Part shown: piece by piece, positions 50,742-61,056 of the stretch
Position numbering within the stretch: position 1 is the first letter of the stretch
Layout: each line of letters begins with the position of its first letter
DNA from: Candidatus Oxydemutatoraceae bacterium
Lineage (GTDB): Bacteria > Pseudomonadota > Gammaproteobacteria > Poriferisulfidales > Oxydemutatoraceae
Direction of reading: 5' to 3'
Assembly (NCBI GenBank): GCA_965220085.1
Contig: CBDCOZ010000003.1
Location: 512,001 to 576,000 of the forward strand
Length of the DNA: 64,000 nucleotides
Notes under the pieces: generated by a model
Told to the model about the DNA's origin: nothing
What the model saw: the letters and a program-made list of their open reading frames with translations, nothing else
The model's database searches: none
Made by a program: the position numbers and the translations under genes

Positions 50742-51956
50742 ATGGCAGATCGCAAGAGCGCGACATCCGCATATGCGCAACAGCGCGGGCAGACCCTCTT
50801 TTTGCGCGAATCAAGCGGGGTTATTCCGTTTGTCGAGAAGATGTTATTGCAAGCGATCGATTACGGGGCCAGCGACATACACATAGAAAAGTACCGCAAA
50901 GTCGCCCGCTTGCGCTATCGCCTCGACGGCGTCTTGAACGAAATAGATGTGAGCGCGCTGTTGTTCAACGAGTATTCCGGCATCGCCGCGCGGCTGAAGT
51001 TGTTGGCAAAACTGGATATTGCGGAGCGTCGTATGCCGCAGGACGGACGTTTTTCTTTTGCCCACGCCGCTGGCGCGGCGGATATCAGGGTGTCTATTGT
51101 GCCGATTATTTCCGGCGAACGCATCGTGTTGAGGATACTCAACAGCGACATGTCAAAGCCCGACGTCGACGGCTTGGGGATGAATCGCGCGCAGGCGGAT
51201 ATGTTTTCCGCCGCCCTCAATGCCCATCAGGGCATGATTTTGGTGACCGGCCCGACCGGCAGCGGCAAGACAACGACATTGTATGCCGCGGTACAGTCGA
51301 TCAATTCCGCTCGGATCAACATATTGACCGCGGAGGATCCGGTGGAGTATCGGATTGAAGGCATAGGGCAAGTAGAGGTCAAAGAGAACATAGGGCTCGG
51401 CTTTGCCGAGGTCTTGCGCGCCTTTTTGCGGCAGGACCCGGAGGTGATTCTGGTCGGCGAGATACGTGATTTTGAAACGGCGGATATCGCGATGAAAGCC
51501 GCTCTCACCGGACACTTGGTGATGAGTACCTTGCATACCGGCAATGCCGCGGAGACGGTTACCCGGATGTTGAACATCGGGATATCGGGCTACCTCATCA
51601 TGGGAGCGATCAATCTGATTATCTGTCAGAGGTTGGTCAGGAAATTGTGCCCCCGCTGCAAGGAAGCGTGCGACCGGCCGATCTCGGAAGCGGTGTTGCC
51701 GGAAGCGGATACCGTTCTTTACAGAGCCGTGGGTTGCGAGGATTGTCACTTCACCGGTTATGCCGGGCGCTGCGCGGTGTATGAGATGGTTGCGATCAGC
51801 GACGATATGCGCAGGATGGTCGCCGGCCGCGATGTGTCATCGGCGGACATTGTCGCGCTCGTCGCCGAGCGCCGCCTGTCAACTTTGCAAGATTCGGGCA
51901 TGCGCTTGTTGCGCGACGGTTTGATCAGCGCGGAGGAGTATGCCCGCGTATTGTGA
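50742..51956 (+). CDS. PilB/GspE-family assembly ATPase, N-terminally short
   Basis: ASDIHIE, PQDGR, GPTGSGKTTT, LRQDP, two CxxC. Confidence 0.9.
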   Translation: MADRKSATSAYAQQRGQTLFLRESSGVIPFVEKMLLQAIDYGASDIHIEKYRKVARLRYRLDGVLNEIDVSALLFNEYSGIAARLKLLAKLDIAERRMPQDGRFSFAHAAGAADIRVSIVPIISGERIVLRILNSDMSKPDVDGLGMNRAQADMFSAALNAHQGMILVTGPTGSGKTTTLYAAVQSINSARINILTAEDPVEYRIEGIGQVEVKENIGLGFAEVLRAFLRQDPEVILVGEIRDFETADIAMKAALTGHLVMSTLHTGNAAETVTRMLNIGISGYLIMGAINLIICQRLVRKLCPRCKEACDRPISEAVLPEADTVLYRAVGCEDCHFTGYAGRCAVYEMVAISDDMRRMVAGRDVSSADIVALVAERRLSTLQDSGMRLLRDGLISAEEYARVL

Positions 51957-51960
51957 TGCG

Positions 51961-52284
51961 CTATTTGTAGTGATAAAAGTTGCGGTTGAGGTAGTCGACA
52001 ACTTGCGATATCTCGCCGCGGCTCCAGTCGAGCCCGAGCCCGCTTTGGCAGTAAATCACCCTTTGGCGCAACGATTGCACATCGTCTGCGATGCTGCTTG
52101 CGCGAGAGTAAAGCAATTCGGGATTGCCGCTGACCATTTGCCGATGGCAATCAACGCAGTTTTCAAGATAGTGCGCGGGCGCTTGTCGCCCGTTTTGCAT
52201 CGGCGCGCTGTCCGCCGCCGCCAAGGGTTGCGACACGATGAGGCCGAGCGCGATAACAACAAAGATATGTATTTTCCGTTTCAT
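51961..52284 (-). CDS. Small periplasmic cytochrome c
   Basis: Signal peptide, CVDCH, YLN..FYHY. Confidence 0.85.
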   Translation of the reverse strand: MKRKIHIFVVIALGLIVSQPLAAADSAPMQNGRQAPAHYLENCVDCHRQMVSGNPELLYSRASSIADDVQSLRQRVIYCQSGLGLDWSRGEISQVVDYLNRNFYHYK

Positions 52285-52300
52285 ATTAGAATAGTGCGCT

Positions 52301-52846
52301 ATGAAACCTAATAAGTCAAATCTGATATGGATAGATCTTGAGATGACGGGATTGGATACCGCCCGTGATCACATCATAGAAGTCGCGGCGGTTGTCACCG
52401 ATGCCAACCTTCGCATTTTGGCGCAGAGCCCGAGTTATGTGATCCGCCAGAGCGACGAAGTGTTGGCGGCGATGGATGATTGGAATCAGGAACAGCATTC
52501 CAAATCGGGTTTGCTCGATGAGGTGAGAAACAGCCGCTTGAACTATGCCAAGGCGGAAGAGAAAGTATTGGCTTTGCTTGCCGCGCATGCGGTTGCCGGC
52601 GAATCGCCGATGTGCGGCAACAGCATTTGCCAGGATCGCCGTTTCTTATCGCGCCTGATGCCCCGCCTTGAGAAGTTTTTCCATTACCGCAACCTGGATG
52701 TGAGCACCTTGAAAGAGTTGGCAAAGCGATGGCTGCCGCAAGCGGCGAGCGGGCCGAAGAAACAAAGCCGCCACCGCGCGGCCGATGACATCCGCGAGTC
52801 CATCGCCGAGCTCAAAAGGTACCGCAAAGAGCTGTTTAAGCTCTGA
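52301..52846 (+). CDS. orn: Oligoribonuclease
   Basis: [27 protein letters not shown]. Confidence 0.97.
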   Translation: MKPNKSNLIWIDLEMTGLDTARDHIIEVAAVVTDANLRILAQSPSYVIRQSDEVLAAMDDWNQEQHSKSGLLDEVRNSRLNYAKAEEKVLALLAAHAVAGESPMCGNSICQDRRFLSRLMPRLEKFFHYRNLDVSTLKELAKRWLPQAASGPKKQSRHRAADDIRESIAELKRYRKELFKL

Positions 52847-52856
52847 CCCGCCCGTT

Positions 52857-54500
52857 TCAGTCCTTATCGCGCGGGCTCAGAATCGTATCGACCCCATCCA
52901 GCGCCGGGTCCGTTTCGGGGTGCTCAATCATGTAATGCAGCCCGCGGCTTTCCTTGCGCGCCAATGCGGAATCTATGATCAAGGACGCAACCAGAGCCAA
53001 ATTTCTGAATTCGATGGAGTCGTTGCTGATCTTATAGCGCCGGTAGTGGGCGAGCGCTTCGTTTAGCAGCAAGCCGATATGTTGTTTTGCCATCCGCAGG
53101 CGGTCTTGCGATCTGACGATGCCGACATAGTTCCACATCACTTGTCGTACGTCATCCCAGCCGTGTGAAACGATGACCTCTTGGTCGGGTTCGGCGACTT
53201 GGCTCTCATCCCACGGCGGAATGTCCGCGGCGCGGCGCTTGGGCGCGGCGGCGAATTGCTCGCCGATGGCGCGCGCACACAGGCGTCCGCCGACAATACA
53301 CTCCAGCAGAGAATTGCTGGCCAATCGGTTCGCTCCGTGCAAGCCGGTGTGAGCGGCTTCGCCGATTGCGCACAGCCCGGCGATATCGGTTTGCCCGTCG
53401 ATGGCGGCGACGATACCGCCGCAGGTGTAGTGGATCATCGGCACCACCGGTATCCGGTCTTTGCTCAGGTCAAACCCGAACTGCAGGCAGCGCTGGTAGG
53501 TCTTGGGAAAAGATTCCAATATGAAGGCCTTGCCGCGGTGTGAGATGTCCAGAAATACGCAATCCAGACCGTGCCGTTTCATCTCGCTGTCGATCGCTCG
53601 GGCGACGACATCTCTCGGCGCGAGCTCGCCTCTGGCATCGTAGCGTTGCATAAACTCGGAGCCGTCGGGCAAGGACAGCGTAGCGCCCTCGCCGCGCAGC
53701 GATTCGCTGATCAGCAGGGATTTTGCTTCGCGGTGGTAGAGGCCGGTCGGGTGGAATTGCATCAGGTGCATATTGGCGACCCGGCACCCGGCGCGCCAGG
53801 CCATCGCAATCCCGTCGCCGGAAGTGGAATCGGGATTGGTCGTGTAGAGGTAGGTTTTGCCCGCGCCGCCGGTCGCGATAACCGTGACCGCCGCCGATAA
53901 CGCGCAGACCTTGCGCATGGTTTTATTCAGCGCGTAGACGCCGAGGCAACGCCCGTTGTGTCGGTTCTCCGTAATCAGATCGACCGCTATGAAGTCGCGC
54001 GACATGCGTATGTTCTCTCTTTCAAGCGCCCGCGCGTACAGCGCCGATTGTATCGCTTTGCCGGTTGTATCGTGGCGGTGAACGATGCGCGGGCGGCTGT
54101 GTCCGCCTTCGTGGGTCAGGTGCGGGTCGCCGTTCTCATCGCGCGTGAACTCCGTCCCCATGCGACACAGCCAGTCGATGGTTTCGGGGCCGGCGGACGT
54201 CACGGTGTCCGCCGCTTCTTTGTCGCACAGGCCGGCGCCCGCCAGCAGTGTGTCCTGTGCGTGCAGCGCCGGCGAATCATTGGCGGCGATGGCGGCGGCG
54301 ATACCGCCTTGGGCGTAATAGGTGCAACTTTGCGACGGAGCCCCCTTGGCGATGATGCCGACCGAGAGGTTTTGCGGCAACTCTAACGCCAGACTCAGGC
54401 CCGCGGCGCCGCTGCCGATTATCAACACATCGTAATGCGATTGCGGCGAAAAAGCCGAACTTGGGCGGTTGCGGCGGGTTTTTTTCTCAGGCAAAGTCAT
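52857..54500 (-). CDS. nadB: L-aspartate oxidase
   Basis: GSGAAG, AQGGIA, QFHPT, HGANRLASNSLLE, ESRGLH. Confidence 0.95.
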   Translation of the reverse strand: MTLPEKKTRRNRPSSAFSPQSHYDVLIIGSGAAGLSLALELPQNLSVGIIAKGAPSQSCTYYAQGGIAAAIAANDSPALHAQDTLLAGAGLCDKEAADTVTSAGPETIDWLCRMGTEFTRDENGDPHLTHEGGHSRPRIVHRHDTTGKAIQSALYARALERENIRMSRDFIAVDLITENRHNGRCLGVYALNKTMRKVCALSAAVTVIATGGAGKTYLYTTNPDSTSGDGIAMAWRAGCRVANMHLMQFHPTGLYHREAKSLLISESLRGEGATLSLPDGSEFMQRYDARGELAPRDVVARAIDSEMKRHGLDCVFLDISHRGKAFILESFPKTYQRCLQFGFDLSKDRIPVVPMIHYTCGGIVAAIDGQTDIAGLCAIGEAAHTGLHGANRLASNSLLECIVGGRLCARAIGEQFAAAPKRRAADIPPWDESQVAEPDQEVIVSHGWDDVRQVMWNYVGIVRSQDRLRMAKQHIGLLLNEALAHYRRYKISNDSIEFRNLALVASLIIDSALARKESRGLHYMIEHPETDPALDGVDTILSPRDKD

Positions 54501-54563
54501 AATCTCGGGGCGCTACCGTATAATAGACGCCGGTAGTTTCTTCATTATCCACATTTCAGCCAG

Positions 54564-55982
54564 ATGAAAAACATTCGTTCTGTATTCGGGAATCTCTGTA
54601 TTTTATGCTTTTTTGCGGGCGTGTCGCCGCTTGCATCGCAGTTTGCAAGGGCCGATTTGGCCGACTTTTCAAAACTCGTTGAGGAGGTGTCTCCGTCGGT
54701 TGTCAATATCAGCGTCAAGGGGGCGGAACCCGAGCGCTATGACGGCGGCGAGGATATGCCCGAGACCTTGCCGTGGGAAGAGTTTTTCAGAAGGCATATC
54801 GAACCGCAGTCGCCGACACCGAGAAACTACAACGGTTCGGGATTCATTATTTCCGAAGACGGCGAGATCATCACAAACTATCATGTCGTCAAAGACATGT
54901 CCGACATTCTCGTCAAACTGCACGACCACCGCGAAGTGCCGGCGCAACTCATCGGCTATGACAGCGCCAGCGATATCGCTTTGCTCAAAGCGGAGGCGGA
55001 TAATTTGCTGCCCGTAAAGATAGGCTCATCAAGCGCGCTCAAAGTGGGGCAGTGGGTCGTGGCGATTGGGTCGCCGTTCGGGTTTGAATATACCGTGACC
55101 GCGGGCATCGTCAGCGCGAAAGGAAGAAGCTTGCCATCGGAAAGTTATGTGCCGTTCATTCAGACCGATGTCGCGATCAACCCGGGCAGTTCGGGCGGCC
55201 CGCTGTTTAACCTGCAGCGCGAGGTCATCGGTGTCAATGCGCAGATTTATACCCGCACCAGCAGTTATGCGGGTCTGTCCTTTGCGGTGCCGATCGATAT
55301 GGTCGCCAACGTGGTGCGGCAACTGAAGGAACAAGGTTCGGTGTCGCGGGGCTGGCTCGGCGTGTATATACAAGAGATGACGCGCGAGTTGTCGCAGTCT
55401 TTCGGTATCAAAGACAAGCCCGGCATGGGCGCGCTGGTATCCAAGGTCATCGAAGACAGTCCGGCCGAGGATGCGGGGCTTGCGGCCGGCGATGTGATAC
55501 TGAAGTTTGACGGCGTTGCGATACGCGATTCTTCCGAGTTGCCGCAGTTAGTCGGCCGGACGCAAGTCGGCAAGCGGGTTACAGTCGAAGTGTTCCGGGA
55601 CGATGCCAAGAAAGATATTTTTGTCACGATCGGCAAACTGCCGGGCGAGGACGATGACGCCAAGGAGAGCGACAGCAAAGAACCGTCGCCGCGCGAAGCG
55701 CTCGGGCTGCAACTGCGGGAGTTGAGCGCTGAGGAGAAGGAACAACTGGGGCTTGAGCGCGGCGCATTGTTGGTCGAGAAAGCGGGCCGCGGCGCCGCGA
55801 CTCGGGCCGGCGTCGTCGAAGGGGATGTTCTGGTGATGTTGGACAACAAACATTTTGAAACGGTCGGCGAGTTTCATGATATCGCCGAGGATTTGCCGGT
55901 CGGGGAGTTTGTCACGTTATTGATCGTGCGCAACGGAATGCCCCGGTTTCTGGCGCTGCGAAGAGAGAAAGACGCCGAATGA
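54564..55982 (+). CDS. DegP/MucD-family periplasmic serine protease
   Basis: GSGFII, TNYHV, INPGSSGGPL, two PDZ domains. Confidence 0.93.
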   Translation: MKNIRSVFGNLCILCFFAGVSPLASQFARADLADFSKLVEEVSPSVVNISVKGAEPERYDGGEDMPETLPWEEFFRRHIEPQSPTPRNYNGSGFIISEDGEIITNYHVVKDMSDILVKLHDHREVPAQLIGYDSASDIALLKAEADNLLPVKIGSSSALKVGQWVVAIGSPFGFEYTVTAGIVSAKGRSLPSESYVPFIQTDVAINPGSSGGPLFNLQREVIGVNAQIYTRTSSYAGLSFAVPIDMVANVVRQLKEQGSVSRGWLGVYIQEMTRELSQSFGIKDKPGMGALVSKVIEDSPAEDAGLAAGDVILKFDGVAIRDSSELPQLVGRTQVGKRVTVEVFRDDAKKDIFVTIGKLPGEDDDAKESDSKEPSPREALGLQLRELSAEEKEQLGLERGALLVEKAGRGAATRAGVVEGDVLVMLDNKHFETVGEFHDIAEDLPVGEFVTLLIVRNGMPRFLALRREKDAE

Positions 55983-56734
55983 AGTGCCGGCGTCGCATTG
56001 TGTGCGTATGCATCCTGTTGACGGGCGGCGCGGCAGTTTCCGAGCCGCGGGTCTCTGCCGTTGCCGCGGACACGGCTGATGCCGAGCCGGTCGCCGAGCG
56101 CCAAGGTATTATCGTGCCGGCGCGGCGCACCCGTCTGGTCAGCCGTTTGGATACCGTTGTCAAGCGGGTGTCGGTAAATGTCGGCGACCGTTTCAAGCGC
56201 GACGATGTGTTGGCCGAATTTGATTGCGCGGTCGAGCGCGCCGCCCTGGAAGAGGCGCGCTTGGCGCATAAACTCGAGAAACTCAAGCGCGACGAGAGCC
56301 GCAAACAGAGCGACGACAAGGATGGCGACGAAGTCATGGCCTTGCGGGCCGAAGTGGCGCTCGCGCGCCTGAACCATCTGCGCGAGAAAGCGAAGTACTG
56401 CAAGATCATCGCCCCCTATGACGGGCGGCTGATCAAAGTGTTTTCCTCGCCGCACGAAAAAGTTTCGGCGTTGGCGCCGGTCCTTGATGTCATCAGCGAC
56501 GAAGGTTTTGAGTTCCATTTCTTTCTGCCGTGGGAGTGGCGGAGCCGGGTTCCCGTAGGCTACCGGTTTAACGTTACGGTGGGCGAGCGGAATTACGAGG
56601 CGCGCTTGAGCGCTATCGCATTGGAAGCGGATATTGTGGATCGCAGTTTTAAGGCGATCGCAAAAGTTGCGGGGGATGACAATCTGCCTCTGGGTATTTC
56701 CGCGACCGCGCGTTTTGACATGCCCCCGCCGTGA
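55979..56734 (+). CDS. Short HlyD/RND periplasmic adaptor (membrane fusion protein)
   Basis: Lipoyl half-motifs VNVGDRF..LAEFDC and IIAPYDG around a coiled coil. Confidence 0.75.
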   Translation: MKCRRRIVCVCILLTGGAAVSEPRVSAVAADTADAEPVAERQGIIVPARRTRLVSRLDTVVKRVSVNVGDRFKRDDVLAEFDCAVERAALEEARLAHKLEKLKRDESRKQSDDKDGDEVMALRAEVALARLNHLREKAKYCKIIAPYDGRLIKVFSSPHEKVSALAPVLDVISDEGFEFHFFLPWEWRSRVPVGYRFNVTVGERNYEARLSAIALEADIVDRSFKAIAKVAGDDNLPLGISATARFDMPPP

Positions 56735-56761
56735 TATCCGTTTGAACGTTTGCCAATACAG

Positions 56762-58780
56762 ATGTTATCGCGAAAACAATTAGCGAATGCCATCAGAGCA
56801 TTGAGCATGGATGCGGTGGAAGCGGCCCGCTCGGGGCATCCCGGGATGCCGATGGGGATGGCGGATATCGCCGAAGTGCTGTGGAATGATTATCTGGCGC
56901 ATAACCCCGCCAACCCGCTGTGGCATAACCGCGACCGTTTTGTTTTGTCCAACGGGCACGGGGCGATGTTGCTCTACTCTCTGTTGCATCTGACCGGTTA
57001 TCCGTTGCCGATCGATGAGATAAAACGGTTTCGCCAACTCGGATCACAAACGCCGGGGCATCCCGAACACGGTGTCACCGCGGGCGTTGAGACGACAACC
57101 GGGCCTTTGGGGCAGGGGCTTGCCAATGCGGTGGGGATGGCGATTGCCGAACGGGTGCTCGGCGCCCGATTCAACTCCGATGCGCATAAGATCATCGACC
57201 ACCATACGTATGTGTTCGCCGGCGACGGCTGTTTGATGGAAGGCATTTCGCACGAGGCGTGTTCGCTCGCCGGCGCTTTGCGACTCGGCAAGTTGATCGT
57301 CTTCTATGATCGCAACGGTATCTCCATAGACGGCAATATCGGGCCGTGGTTCGGCGACGATACCCCGCGGCGGTTTGAGGCCTACGGCTGGCAGGCGCTG
57401 TCGCCGGTGGACGGGCACGACGCCGAGGCCGTCAAGCGGGCGATTGAGCGCGCGCGCGCCGAGACGACGCGTCCGAGTTTGATATGTTGCGATACGGTCA
57501 TCGGCTATGGCGCGCCGAACAAACAAGGGCGGGCGTCGTGTCACGGCGCCGCGCTCGGCGCGGATGAAATCGCGGCCGCGCGACAACAGCTGGAGTGGCC
57601 GCATCCGCCGTTTGAGATTCCCGATGCGGTCTATAGCGGCTGGGATGCGACCGGCAGAGGCGCGGTACTCGAGCGCGAGTGGGCAGCGATGACAGAAGCG
57701 TACCGCGCCGTGTCCGCGGACAAGTGGGATGAGTTTGAGCGTTGCATGCAAGGGCGCCTGCCCGCTGCGTGGCAACGGGAGTTTGACAAGCTCATCGCCG
57801 ATGTCGATAAGCGGGCGCCGGATATGGCGACGCGCAAGTCTTCTCTGTTGGCGTTGGAAGCGATTGCGAACATGCTGCCGGAACTCATCGGCGGTTCGGC
57901 GGATCTGGCCGAATCCAATTGCGTGTTGCGCAAGGACAGCCGCCCGCTCAGCGCGACCGAACACGACGCCGACTATATATATTTCGGCGTCAGGGAGTTT
58001 GCGATGTCGGCTATCGCGACGGGGATTTCATTGCACGGCGGTCTGTTGCCTTATGCGGCGACCTTTCTTGTGTTTTCCGACTACGCGCGCAATGCGATAC
58101 GGATGGCCGCGCTGATGAAGCGGCGGGTCGTCTTTGTGTTTACGCACGACTCTATCGGTTTGGGCGAAGACGGCGCCACCCACCAGCCGGTCGAGCACTT
58201 GGCGAGTTTGCGGCTGATACCGAACCTTGACGTATGGCGCCCGTGCGATACGGCGGAAACACTGACGGCGTGGCGCTGCGCCGTTGAACGCACAGACGGC
58301 CCCAGCGCATTGGCGTTGTCGCGTCAGACTTTGCCGCACATGGAGCGGCAAGGCCGGCAGCTTGAGGACATTGCGCGCGGCGGATATGTCTTGCGCGATT
58401 GCCCGGGCTCCCCGCAGTTGGTTATCATTGCGACCGGGTCGGAGGCGGCGCTCGCGCTTGCGGCGTATCAGAAGATGCGCGGGCAAGGGTATGCGATACG
58501 TTTGGTTTCCATGCCTTGCAGCGAGGCGTTTGATCGCCAAGCAGAGAGCTATCGCAACGCGGTATTGCCTCCCGCTGTGCCGCGTCTTGCGGCGGAAGCC
58601 GGCAGCAGCGATTGGTGGCGGCGGTATGTCGGCGCCGAAGGGGAGACAGTCGGCATGGATGGTTTTGGCGCGTCGGCTCCGGCAAAAGATTTGTTCGAGC
58701 ATTACGGCTTTGCCGTCGATCGCGTCTGCGAAGCGATTGAGCGGCTTTTGAAAAAACAGACTTTTATAATTTCCGAATAG
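56762..58780 (+). CDS. tkt: Transketolase
   Basis: [28 protein letters not shown]. Confidence 0.97.
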   Translation: MLSRKQLANAIRALSMDAVEAARSGHPGMPMGMADIAEVLWNDYLAHNPANPLWHNRDRFVLSNGHGAMLLYSLLHLTGYPLPIDEIKRFRQLGSQTPGHPEHGVTAGVETTTGPLGQGLANAVGMAIAERVLGARFNSDAHKIIDHHTYVFAGDGCLMEGISHEACSLAGALRLGKLIVFYDRNGISIDGNIGPWFGDDTPRRFEAYGWQALSPVDGHDAEAVKRAIERARAETTRPSLICCDTVIGYGAPNKQGRASCHGAALGADEIAAARQQLEWPHPPFEIPDAVYSGWDATGRGAVLEREWAAMTEAYRAVSADKWDEFERCMQGRLPAAWQREFDKLIADVDKRAPDMATRKSSLLALEAIANMLPELIGGSADLAESNCVLRKDSRPLSATEHDADYIYFGVREFAMSAIATGISLHGGLLPYAATFLVFSDYARNAIRMAALMKRRVVFVFTHDSIGLGEDGATHQPVEHLASLRLIPNLDVWRPCDTAETLTAWRCAVERTDGPSALALSRQTLPHMERQGRQLEDIARGGYVLRDCPGSPQLVIIATGSEAALALAAYQKMRGQGYAIRLVSMPCSEAFDRQAESYRNAVLPPAVPRLAAEAGSSDWWRRYVGAEGETVGMDGFGASAPAKDLFEHYGFAVDRVCEAIERLLKKQTFIISE

Positions 58781-58800
58781 TGTTTTAACAATGAGGTTAC

Positions 58801-59811
58801 ATGATGATTAAGGTTGCCATCAACGGCTACGGAAGGATAGGGCGCAATGTCTTGCGCGCCTTGTATGAGACCGCAAGAAGCGATGAGATAAAGATCGTGG
58901 GCGTGAATGCGACGGCGAATGCCGAGTGCGTGGCGCACTTGACACGCTACGACACGACGCACGGACGATTTGCCGCCGAGGTGGCGGTACGGGGCGCGGA
59001 CATGCTGGTGAATGGCGATTTGATTCGCCTCACTTCCGACCGCGACCCGTCGGCGCTGCCGTGGCGGGAGCTGGGAGCGGATGTCGTGTTGGAGTGCACC
59101 GGCAAGTTTAAGAGCAGACAGCGGGCGCAAACCCATATCGACGCCGGGGCGAAGAAGGTGCTGATCTCGGCTCCCGCCGACGGAGAGGTCGATGCGACGG
59201 TCGTGTGCGGCGTCAATGACAACATTTTGAAACCCGCAGACACGATTGTTTCAAACGCTTCTTGCACGACCAATTGCCTGGCGCCGGTGGCCAAAGCGCT
59301 TCACGATGCAATCGGGATTAAAAGCGGATTGATTACCACGGTGCACGCATACACCAACGATCAGACCTTGATTGATGCGCCGCACAAAGACCTTCGCCGC
59401 GCGCGCTCGGCTACGATGTCGATGGTGCCGACCGGCACCGGCGCGGCAAGGGCGGTCGGTTTGGTCTTGCCCGAACTGGCCGGCAAACTCCACGGGCATG
59501 CGATCAGGGTGCCGACGCTCAATGTCTCGCTGGTCGATCTGACATTTGTCGCCGCCAGAGCCACCGCTGTGGCGGAGGTGAATGCGGCTTTGCGCGCGGC
59601 GGCGGAAGGCGAGTTACGGTCGGTTCTTGATTACTGCGAAGCGCCGTTGGTGTCGACCGATTTCAACCACCATCCGGCATCCGCGATCTATGATCCGGGT
59701 CTGACGCACGTAATAGAAGACACCTTGGTCAAGGTCTCGGCTTGGTATGACAACGAATGGGGCTATTCAAACCGGATGTTGGATATCGCGGTTCGGATGA
59801 CGGAGGCGTAG
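58801..59811 (+). CDS. gap: Type I glyceraldehyde-3-phosphate dehydrogenase
   Basis: [25 protein letters not shown]. Confidence 0.93.
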   Translation: MMIKVAINGYGRIGRNVLRALYETARSDEIKIVGVNATANAECVAHLTRYDTTHGRFAAEVAVRGADMLVNGDLIRLTSDRDPSALPWRELGADVVLECTGKFKSRQRAQTHIDAGAKKVLISAPADGEVDATVVCGVNDNILKPADTIVSNASCTTNCLAPVAKALHDAIGIKSGLITTVHAYTNDQTLIDAPHKDLRRARSATMSMVPTGTGAARAVGLVLPELAGKLHGHAIRVPTLNVSLVDLTFVAARATAVAEVNAALRAAAEGELRSVLDYCEAPLVSTDFNHHPASAIYDPGLTHVIEDTLVKVSAWYDNEWGYSNRMLDIAVRMTEA

Positions 59812-59820
59812 AGTGTCGAG

Positions 59821-61041
59821 ATGCTGGCGATGAAAGACATTGAGATGACGGCAAAGCGGGTTATGATTCGGGTTGATATGAATACTCCGATGCAAGACGG
59901 CGCGGTCGCCGACGACCGCAGAATACGCGCGTGTGTGCCGACGATTACGGCGGCGCTGGATGCCGCCGCCGCTGTCATTCTGGTGTCCCACCTCGGCCGA
60001 CCCGTCGAAGGGGAGTTTGATGCGCGCTTCTCGTTGTCGCCGGTCGCGCAAAGATTATCCGCCATCCTCAATCGGCCGGTGCCGTTGGCGCGGGACTATC
60101 CGGATGGCGCGGAGGCGGCCGGCGGGCCGCTTGTGATGTGTGAGAATGCGCGCTTTCAAGTCGGCGAGAAGAGCGATGCCGCCGAGTTGGCGCAAAAGCT
60201 CGCGCGCCTGTGCGACATCTTCGTGATGGATGCGTTTGGTTGCGCCCACCGCGCGCACGCATCGACCCACGGCGTTATAAAGTTTGCCGACACCGCGTGT
60301 GCCGGCCCTCTGCTGTGCGACGAACTCAGCCACTTGCAAGCGGCGCTTGAGAAAATGCAAAGCAAGCGCGAAGCGGCATCGGGTTCGCGCGTGGCCATCA
60401 TAGGCGGCGCCAAGGTCGGCGGCAAGCTGGAATTGCTGGAGTCATTTATCGGCAAAGCGGATGTCGTGATCGTCGGCGGAGGCATCGCCAATACATTCAT
60501 CGCGGCGATGGGGCATGCGGTCGGCAATTCTCTGTATGAGCCCGCCTTGGTCGATTTTGCAAAAGAATATGCGCGGGCCGCGGCGCAGAACGGCTTGCGT
60601 TTGCTGGTTCCGTCGGATGTGATATGCGCGGCGGGTTTGGATGATGCGGCCGCGCCGTCGCTGAAATCATTGGATGAAATATCCGCTGCCGATATGATCC
60701 TTGATGTCGGCCCCGCGACCAATGCCGCCATCAAAGATGTGTTGGGCAAGGCCGAGACGATCTTATGGAACGGCCCGCTGGGAGCGTTTGAATGGGAGGC
60801 TTTCGCCAACGGCACCCGCGAGTTGGCGCAGGCGGTTGCCGACAGCCCCGGTTGCTGTATCGCCGGCGGCGGCGATACCCTGCTGGCAATCGATCGCTTT
60901 GCCGACAGCGACGGGGTGTCGGTTGCGCGGCGAATCGTCGACAAAGGCGGCTATATATCGACCGGCGGCGGATCTTTTATTGAATTTATTCAAGGCAAGA
61001 CCTTGCCCGCGATAGAAGCGCTCGAGCAGCGCGCGGCATAA
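59821..61041 (+). CDS. pgk: Phosphoglycerate kinase
   Basis: SHLGRP, DAFGCAHRAH, WNGP, STGGG. Confidence 0.97.
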   Translation: MLAMKDIEMTAKRVMIRVDMNTPMQDGAVADDRRIRACVPTITAALDAAAAVILVSHLGRPVEGEFDARFSLSPVAQRLSAILNRPVPLARDYPDGAEAAGGPLVMCENARFQVGEKSDAAELAQKLARLCDIFVMDAFGCAHRAHASTHGVIKFADTACAGPLLCDELSHLQAALEKMQSKREAASGSRVAIIGGAKVGGKLELLESFIGKADVVIVGGGIANTFIAAMGHAVGNSLYEPALVDFAKEYARAAAQNGLRLLVPSDVICAAGLDDAAAPSLKSLDEISAADMILDVGPATNAAIKDVLGKAETILWNGPLGAFEWEAFANGTRELAQAVADSPGCCIAGGGDTLLAIDRFADSDGVSVARRIVDKGGYISTGGGSFIEFIQGKTLPAIEALEQRAA

Positions 61042-61056
61042 AACGGGACAAAGACG

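Noticed and set aside
58801-59811. epd rather than gap
   Set aside because: NCLAP and HAYTNDQ motifs and the tkt-gap-pgk-pyk-fba context fit gap better, though epd is not fully excluded
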